Source: Pseudodesulfovibrio piezophilus C1TLV30 (GTDB taxonomy: Bacteria > Desulfobacterota > Desulfovibrionia > Desulfovibrionales > Desulfovibrionaceae). Taken from it: DNA of 32,000 bases. The notes beneath the pieces are model-generated. The model was given only the letters and a program-made list of their open reading frames with translations. It was not told where the DNA came from and did not search any database. Below, piece by piece: positions 27,193 to 32,000 of this stretch; the stretch's first letter is position 1, and every line of letters starts with the position of its first letter. Position numbers and translations under genes: made by a program. The stretch covers positions 60,001 through 92,000 of the forward strand of contig NC_020409.1 in the NCBI RefSeq assembly GCF_000341895.1. The letters are read 5' to 3'.

Positions 27193-28467
27193 CTATGCTT
27201 CTTTACTGTCGCTTGAAATATTACTTACCACTAATTGAAATAACGGTATAAAGTACCATATTATAAAATCACTTTGTAGTGGTCCATCATTGTGGAAGTA
27301 TGCATGTACAATGTATGGAATGAAGATCATAAGTATATATAAATGACGTATCAGCGTTCTGAATACATAAAATGCGACCGGGAGTATTAGGATTCCGTAT
27401 TTGTGCAGGATGTTGAGGTAATAATTGTGTACGGCATTAACGAGTATTGACTGGGCATTCTCAAATTGTGATATCTGTGACCAAAATTTGCTGGCATAAT
27501 TGACACTTGAAAAGTTTAAACCATACCCAAACGGGTTATATCGAAAGAGGAGCCAACCATACGCTCTTAAAACTTCTCTTCCTTGTGATGACTTGTCCCC
27601 GACTCTTAATGCACGGATTTCGTAGCCCTTAAAATATCCATATACGGCATTGTAATTTTCACACAAAACAAACAGCAGGGGTATTGTGAGTGTGCCAACC
27701 AGGAGAGTTAAAAGGGGTCTTGCGAAGAAGAGCGCAACAAGTATGAATATTCCAAATCCTAATAAAGGGGAACGATTGCCCGAAGCCACCGCAAAGATGA
27801 TCATGACTGTTAAGGGCTTCAAGGCTATCCTGAACATGTGTTTGTTTTGATAATTATCTGCAGCGAGTAATCTCAACGAGGTCCAAACTGCAAAGCCGTA
27901 GCAGACTTGGGTGGCCAAGTGTACAGGGGTTAATGACAATCCAAATGCACGACTTCGTTCTGTAAGATATACGACGTCTATAAAATTTTGATATTGTTGA
28001 AGATATTCTCTTATGTTCCATGCAAAATCAACATGAGCAAATTGGAAGAGTGCTAAAATTCCTGATGCGAATACTGTCATTAAAAAAGATTTCCCCAACC
28101 TCTTTGGGCCAATTATATTTAAGAGGAAATACCCACAACACACGCCTATTACAGCCTGGATATGGATTTCGATTATTTGTTCTACAATCATTCCAATGTC
28201 CTGACCATTGATGAAACTCAGCACACAACCAAGTAAAGCTGTATAAAAAATTATGATAAAGATACCGAACAAATCATGTATTGCTTTGCTTAGAAGATGG
28301 GGTTGGACAAATAAACAGAGGAGAAATATAAAAATAACCAGAAAAGCACGAGCAGGAATATTCCAAATCATAAACCGTACAAGAGCAATTGACAAAAAGA
28401 AGAGTAATATTGTTAGAAAGTATACAAATTTTCCAAAAATACCATTTTGTATAGACTGCAATTGCAT
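27193..28467 (-). CDS. wzy: O-antigen/EPS polymerase (Wzy, O-antigen-ligase-like polytopic membrane protein)
   Basis: 424 aa and very hydrophobic, with at least 10 predicted TM helices. Located between the flippase and the glycosyltransferases. The call rests on context and topology only. Confidence 0.55.
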   Translation of the reverse strand: MQLQSIQNGIFGKFVYFLTILLFFLSIALVRFMIWNIPARAFLVIFIFLLCLFVQPHLLSKAIHDLFGIFIIIFYTALLGCVLSFINGQDIGMIVEQIIEIHIQAVIGVCCGYFLLNIIGPKRLGKSFLMTVFASGILALFQFAHVDFAWNIREYLQQYQNFIDVVYLTERSRAFGLSLTPVHLATQVCYGFAVWTSLRLLAADNYQNKHMFRIALKPLTVMIIFAVASGNRSPLLGFGIFILVALFFARPLLTLLVGTLTIPLLFVLCENYNAVYGYFKGYEIRALRVGDKSSQGREVLRAYGWLLFRYNPFGYGLNFSSVNYASKFWSQISQFENAQSILVNAVHNYYLNILHKYGILILPVAFYVFRTLIRHLYILMIFIPYIVHAYFHNDGPLQSDFIIWYFIPLFQLVVSNISSDSKEA

Positions 28468-28469
28468 TA

Positions 28470-29744
28470 CTATACCAGCTTCTTTTCAATAATAGTGAAT
28501 TGGCTATGCCGTAGCCATGATAAAATGCTTATCGTCCCGAGGTGTCTAATGGGATAATGTGATGCACATATGATAAATGCCCACTCAGCAGGAACTATTG
28601 GGGCTATACCAAACAGTATGAGGCAAAAAATACTGATGAGGGCATTGGATACAAGTAGGTGCCATGATTTTGTAACTTTATTCAAGCCATAGGACTGAGA
28701 ATAGATTGTATCCGCTAAAGCTATTCCGTAGGATATAAACATAATATATACAACAGGTTCTACTTTTACAAAAGAACTTGATAGATAGTTATGAGTATAT
28801 AAATATTTAAATCCGATAGATAAAATAATACCCAAAAAAGTAAACGCAACAGTTGCTAGTTGTATAAGCTTATTATTCGGAAGAGCTTTTACATAGCTCT
28901 TGTAGTATATATAAAATGCTGGTTTTAATCCATTGTATATAAACCGGCCAGTAGAAAATGCCAATGTATACATACCTAAGCTTTCAAGCCCAAAAAAGTG
29001 ACCTATTATAAGTTTATCTACGTGTTCCAAGGAGCTTGGGAGCCAATTTGCCAAGCTTAGAATCAGGGATTCTTTTGATGTCTTATGTTTTACAAGTACT
29101 AATGGATTTGCTGCTGTAATACCTGCACTAAGTATAAATTTTGAGTAGTATTTCAAAAAGTACCCAATATTGAAGAGTCCCATTGTTGCCAGTTGCACAG
29201 TCATAGAGTAAAAAACAGATTGGTAATAGTGCATTGAAATGAGAAATAGAACTACTGAGAAGCTGTATTTTGCAAGTGTTAAAAACGCAAGTCGTTGGAA
29301 TTTACAAGTAGCTTGTAGGTAGGAAAGATATAGTTCCGTTGGATATATAATACATCCAAATAGAGCCGCCATCAGCATTTCTTTGCTAATAAAATTGTTT
29401 CCGGAGTCTTGGCTAATCCAGATTAGGAAGAGAATGGATGTTACACAGAGCATCCCATAAAGTCGCAAGTAAAAGATTGATGCAACAGCCTCTTTCTCTT
29501 CAGAAACATATGATCGTATCACGATCTTGGAACTTTCAAGAAAGGAAAAGAGCCCGATGAGACCATAATAGGACATTATCAATCGGTACTCACCGACGGA
29601 TTCAATTTCATAGAAAGAAGTAAGGATTATGATTACTGCATAGTTAACTAATCCCGGTAATGATGAGGCCAGTATTGCCATTGGAGCATTCGCTATAAAA
29701 TAGGAAAGCTCCTTTTTATATTTTTTTATATAGTGATTTACCAT
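28470..29744 (-). CDS. wzx: Polysaccharide flippase (Wzx, MOP superfamily)
   Basis: 424 aa with about 12 TM helices and AT-rich codon usage. First gene of the operon, directly followed by the wzy-like gene. The call rests on context and topology. Confidence 0.6.
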   Translation of the reverse strand: MVNHYIKKYKKELSYFIANAPMAILASSLPGLVNYAVIIILTSFYEIESVGEYRLIMSYYGLIGLFSFLESSKIVIRSYVSEEKEAVASIFYLRLYGMLCVTSILFLIWISQDSGNNFISKEMLMAALFGCIIYPTELYLSYLQATCKFQRLAFLTLAKYSFSVVLFLISMHYYQSVFYSMTVQLATMGLFNIGYFLKYYSKFILSAGITAANPLVLVKHKTSKESLILSLANWLPSSLEHVDKLIIGHFFGLESLGMYTLAFSTGRFIYNGLKPAFYIYYKSYVKALPNNKLIQLATVAFTFLGIILSIGFKYLYTHNYLSSSFVKVEPVVYIMFISYGIALADTIYSQSYGLNKVTKSWHLLVSNALISIFCLILFGIAPIVPAEWAFIICASHYPIRHLGTISILSWLRHSQFTIIEKKLV

Positions 29745-30320
29745 TCATCTATTTTTTTTACTGAGGAAATTTGTTATTCTACTCATGGTGAATCATACTT
29801 GCATGGCTTTATTCGCAATAGAAACCGCGGATCAAAACAATAAAATTCCTGACTTCAATTCTAAGAAAAGCCCTCTCTTTTTCTCAATATTTCAGCGTAT
29901 CTTTTCGTATTGCTCACCATAAAGATGTAAACAATGCATTCTATTTGTAGGTGAGGAGGTTGAGTTGATGCATAGAAGGAGCCTTCCAAAGTTTTCCGAA
30001 CGTTCGACTTTGGAGTGGCAAAGTATGGGATAAAACATTGTGTGTGATCTCGTGGCCTTTTGTTGGGAAGAGTCTACCTGATAAGCGTTTCGAACTAATC
30101 AATTCTGGTATGGAAGAAATGTGCCGGAATTAATCTTTTCAGATAACAGTCTTATATTACAGTAAATATATCAACATTAAAAGTATGGAATGGGAATGTG
30201 TCTGATTCTCCCAGACGCCTAGAGAGTTTGTTTGTCCTGTTTTCCCGGACTGTTGTTTTTTTGTTGAGCTGCTCATTTATGCAAAGAGACTAGCGAGTAT
30301 TCCTGCGTTGTATAAGGTAC

Positions 30321-30363
30321 ACCAAAAGAAAAAGGCCTTGGAGAAACTCTCCAAGGCCTTTTT
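30321..30363 (-). terminator. Rho-independent (bidirectional) terminator directly after tRNA-Leu
   Basis: aaaggccttggag (30331-30343) / aaact / ctccaaggccttt (30349-30361) forms a 13-bp perfect stem. On the minus strand it is followed by TTTTTCTTTTGG. Confidence 0.8.
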
Positions 30364-30367
30364 CTTT

Positions 30368-30454
30368 TGGTACCTGGGGCGGGATTTGAACCCGCACGTC
30401 CTTGCGAACAAGGGATTTTAAGTCCCTGGTGTCTACCAGTTCCACCACCCAGGC
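30368..30454 (-). tRNA. tRNA-Leu (anticodon UAA), 87 nt with encoded CCA
   Basis: Hand-folded cloverleaf. Acceptor GCCTGGG/CCCAGGT (G-U at 1:72). 3-bp D stem with an 11-nt loop GAACTGGTAGA. Anticodon stem AGGGA/TCCCT with loop CT-TAA-AA. Long variable arm GTTC-GCAA-GGAC. T arm GCGGG-TTCAAAT-CCCGC. Discriminator A plus CCA. Confidence 0.92.
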
Positions 30455-30467
30455 GAGGGATATTGTC

Positions 30468-30495
30468 AGTATCCTGCAATGCGGCGGACAGTCAA
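30468..30495 (-). promoter_or_regulatory. Candidate sigma-70 promoter for tRNA-Leu
   Basis: On the minus strand: TTGACT (30495-30490), a 16-nt spacer, then GATACT (30473-30468). The -10 ends 13 nt before the mature 5' end. Confidence 0.35.
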
Positions 30496-30516
30496 TATAT
30501 TTTGAGAAGGTATTCA

Positions 30517-30553
30517 GTAAAAAGGGCATATCCGGGGAGGTGGATATGCCCTT
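30517..30553 (-). terminator. Rho-independent terminator downstream of the YcaO gene
   Basis: aagggcatatcc (30522-30533) / ggggaggt / ggatatgccctt (30542-30553) forms a 12-bp perfect stem. On the minus strand it is followed by a T5 run. It lies 180 nt after the YcaO stop. Confidence 0.7.
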
Positions 30554-30732
30554 AGAGAGTACGCCAAGTACAGGGGATGGAGTCACTCTGACTGAGAATG
30601 GTGATGGTCAGATGACGCGGCACTTGGTGTACATGAACACTTTGCCAGAAAATCATCCAATATGATTACACCACCGTCAAAAGAGACTCTATCAATTATA
30701 CGCAAACAAATATGAAGAAGTGTCAAGTTCGA

Positions 30733-32000
30733 TTACCTGCTAGAATCCGCACGATGTGTGTCTTCAGGGAACATTTTCATATAGTTTTTGAAAAGTCTTG
30801 AGCTGACACGTGAATAGTGGTCAAAGTCGGAGATGAGTTCCAGGCCCGGAACGAGGGCGCGTGTAACCGGAATATTCAGATCCTTCCGTGTCAGATCAAC
30901 ATAGGCTGGATTGTACCTGTTGGATATCAGGGTCTTTTCCAAAATCATCAAATCACCTTCTGCGCTCCCTGTAGAGTAATTGGGTAGGTCTTCAAGTTGT
31001 CTGGTCTCAAGTCCTTCTGGGGCGGGGCCACTTGAGGGGCCTGGGTAGGGGTAGGCGGTTTCCGTCATGGCGGATATCAGCGCTGATTTTCCATTGAGGT
31101 CACAGCCGGATCCCTTATTGACATCGCCCAATTTTCCCAACACGACTGATTTATAACATGGGATGCCTAGCTCGGAAGTCACGTCAAGAAACCAGATGTC
31201 TATTCCATCATCTTTATAAGCTTGAAGAAGACGTGCGATTTCTGGGTCTTTTGATTCAACTCTGAAGCAACGTTTTGGATCGAAGAGGACAGTGGCGTCA
31301 CAATCGCGTTCAATAACCTCTGTCAGTGCGGCGACCTTTGCCTCCGCTATGGTGTTGCCTGACGCCAGTCCCGTTGAGCCAAGGGCTGAAAACAAGCTTT
31401 GCTCGTCAAGATTGCAGAAGAGAAAAATGCACTGTGCAGGAATGAGTATCGGGTTCAGATTTCCTTTTCCATCAGGAGCCTGCCCTTCAAGCCAGTTGAG
31501 TTTTTGACCGGTATAGGGGACTTCAAGTCTTATGTCGTTAGGGTTGATCGCATGAGTCTTGAGTGTCTCATAGGCTGCATATGTCATGGGGTATGTTTTT
31601 TTGTAGCCTAATACACCGTTCGCTCCGAAAGAGGCGTAGGAGGAAAACCGTTCAGCTAACTCCATTGCATACGACGCCTCAGCGCTTTGTTGAATCAGCC
31701 CGCGACCATAGCATGTTTGAATACCTTCCAGTGAGTTGGCAAGTCTCCCATTGCTGCTACGAATCTTGACCATCCAGTGACGCAGGCGGGCAATTGGTGA
31801 AAGAGATGCCTTATGCTCCATGGCTGGGCCTAAAAAGGCGTCGGCTTTTTCGAGAACCGACAAGGCGAAGTCAATGGTCTCTTGCAAAGGACGCCGGGCT
31901 TGAGCCGGGGGAAATTCCTTTTTGAGTTCATGATATGCCTCTTTGATTGTGTACCAGTGAGTAGAAAGATATTCTCTTTTTGTGAATATGGGGGGGATAT
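30733..32000 (-). CDS. YcaO-domain protein (ATP-dependent amide-backbone-activating enzyme family); 5' end beyond the window
   Basis: Hallmark YcaO motifs GLASGNTIAEAKVAALTEVIERD and an earlier SAEASYAMELAERFS. The ORF track starts at a TTG (31887). My translation of 31888-32000 in the same frame has no stop (..IPPIFTKREYLSTHWYTIKEAYHELKKEFPPAQARRP-LQETID..), so the gene most likely continues past the edge. Confidence 0.75.
   Translation of the reverse strand, partial: IPPIFTKREYLSTHWYTIKEAYHELKKEFPPAQARRPLQETIDFALSVLEKADAFLGPAMEHKASLSPIARLRHWMVKIRSSNGRLANSLEGIQTCYGRGLIQQSAEASYAMELAERFSSYASFGANGVLGYKKTYPMTYAAYETLKTHAINPNDIRLEVPYTGQKLNWLEGQAPDGKGNLNPILIPAQCIFLFCNLDEQSLFSALGSTGLASGNTIAEAKVAALTEVIERDCDATVLFDPKRCFRVESKDPEIARLLQAYKDDGIDIWFLDVTSELGIPCYKSVVLGKLGDVNKGSGCDLNGKSALISAMTETAYPYPGPSSGPAPEGLETRQLEDLPNYSTGSAEGDLMILEKTLISNRYNPAYVDLTRKDLNIPVTRALVPGLELISDFDHYSRVSSRLFKNYMKMFPEDTHRADSSR

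Noticed and set aside
30273-30665. Four track ORFs (30273-30479, 30290-30586, 30367-30555, 30402-30665) covering the tRNA-Leu region.
   Set aside because: They overlap a cleanly folding tRNA and its terminator hairpins. Only the short SD-preceded tail of 30402-30665 is kept, as a low-interest finding.
1-32000. Search by eye for CRISPR arrays, IS elements or inverted terminal repeats, integrases, retron-like or other defence-island signatures, rRNA and tmRNA.
   Set aside because: I saw no regularly spaced direct repeats, no transposase, recombinase or reverse-transcriptase motifs in any listed ORF, and no rRNA-like sequence. Short dispersed repeats cannot be excluded without a computational self-alignment.

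Overview
The window holds 28 protein-coding genes (two cut by the window edges) and one tRNA. I found no CRISPR array, IS element, integrase or prophage gene. Left to right: (1) pseC/pseB, the first steps of pseudaminic-acid synthesis. (2) A polar amino-acid ABC transporter operon with a GC-rich hairpin after the binding-protein gene. (3) A sensor-less REC-HisKA-HATPase-REC hybrid kinase. (4) An AI-2E family transporter translationally coupled to lytic transglycosylase MltA. (5) An Rrf2 regulator divergent from an orphan HicB-like antitoxin. (6) A three-gene archaeal-type split glutamate synthase. (7) A DUF922 secreted protease-like protein and an HD hydrolase. (8) A tightly coupled six-gene TonB2/Ttp-type operon (DUF3450, large ExbB-like, ExbB, ExbD, TonB, TPR), preceded by two Fur-box-like 7-1-7 palindromes. 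(9) A markedly AT-rich Wzx/Wzy polysaccharide operon (flippase, polymerase, GT2, two GT4) ending in a pectate-lyase-fold protein. (10) tRNA-Leu(UAA) with its own promoter and terminator. (11) A YcaO-domain gene running off the right edge. Gene content and roughly 50% GC in the core genes fit a Desulfovibrio-like deltaproteobacterium, but that is a guess. I do not see a convincingly new multi-gene system. The best second-look candidates are the truncated YcaO locus with flanking small ORFs, the receptor-less Fur-controlled Ttp/TonB2 module next to the low-GC polysaccharide island, and a small ORF with a strong Shine-Dalgarno (SD) sequence beside the second Fur-like box. All functional calls rest on motif recognition by eye; no database search was run.
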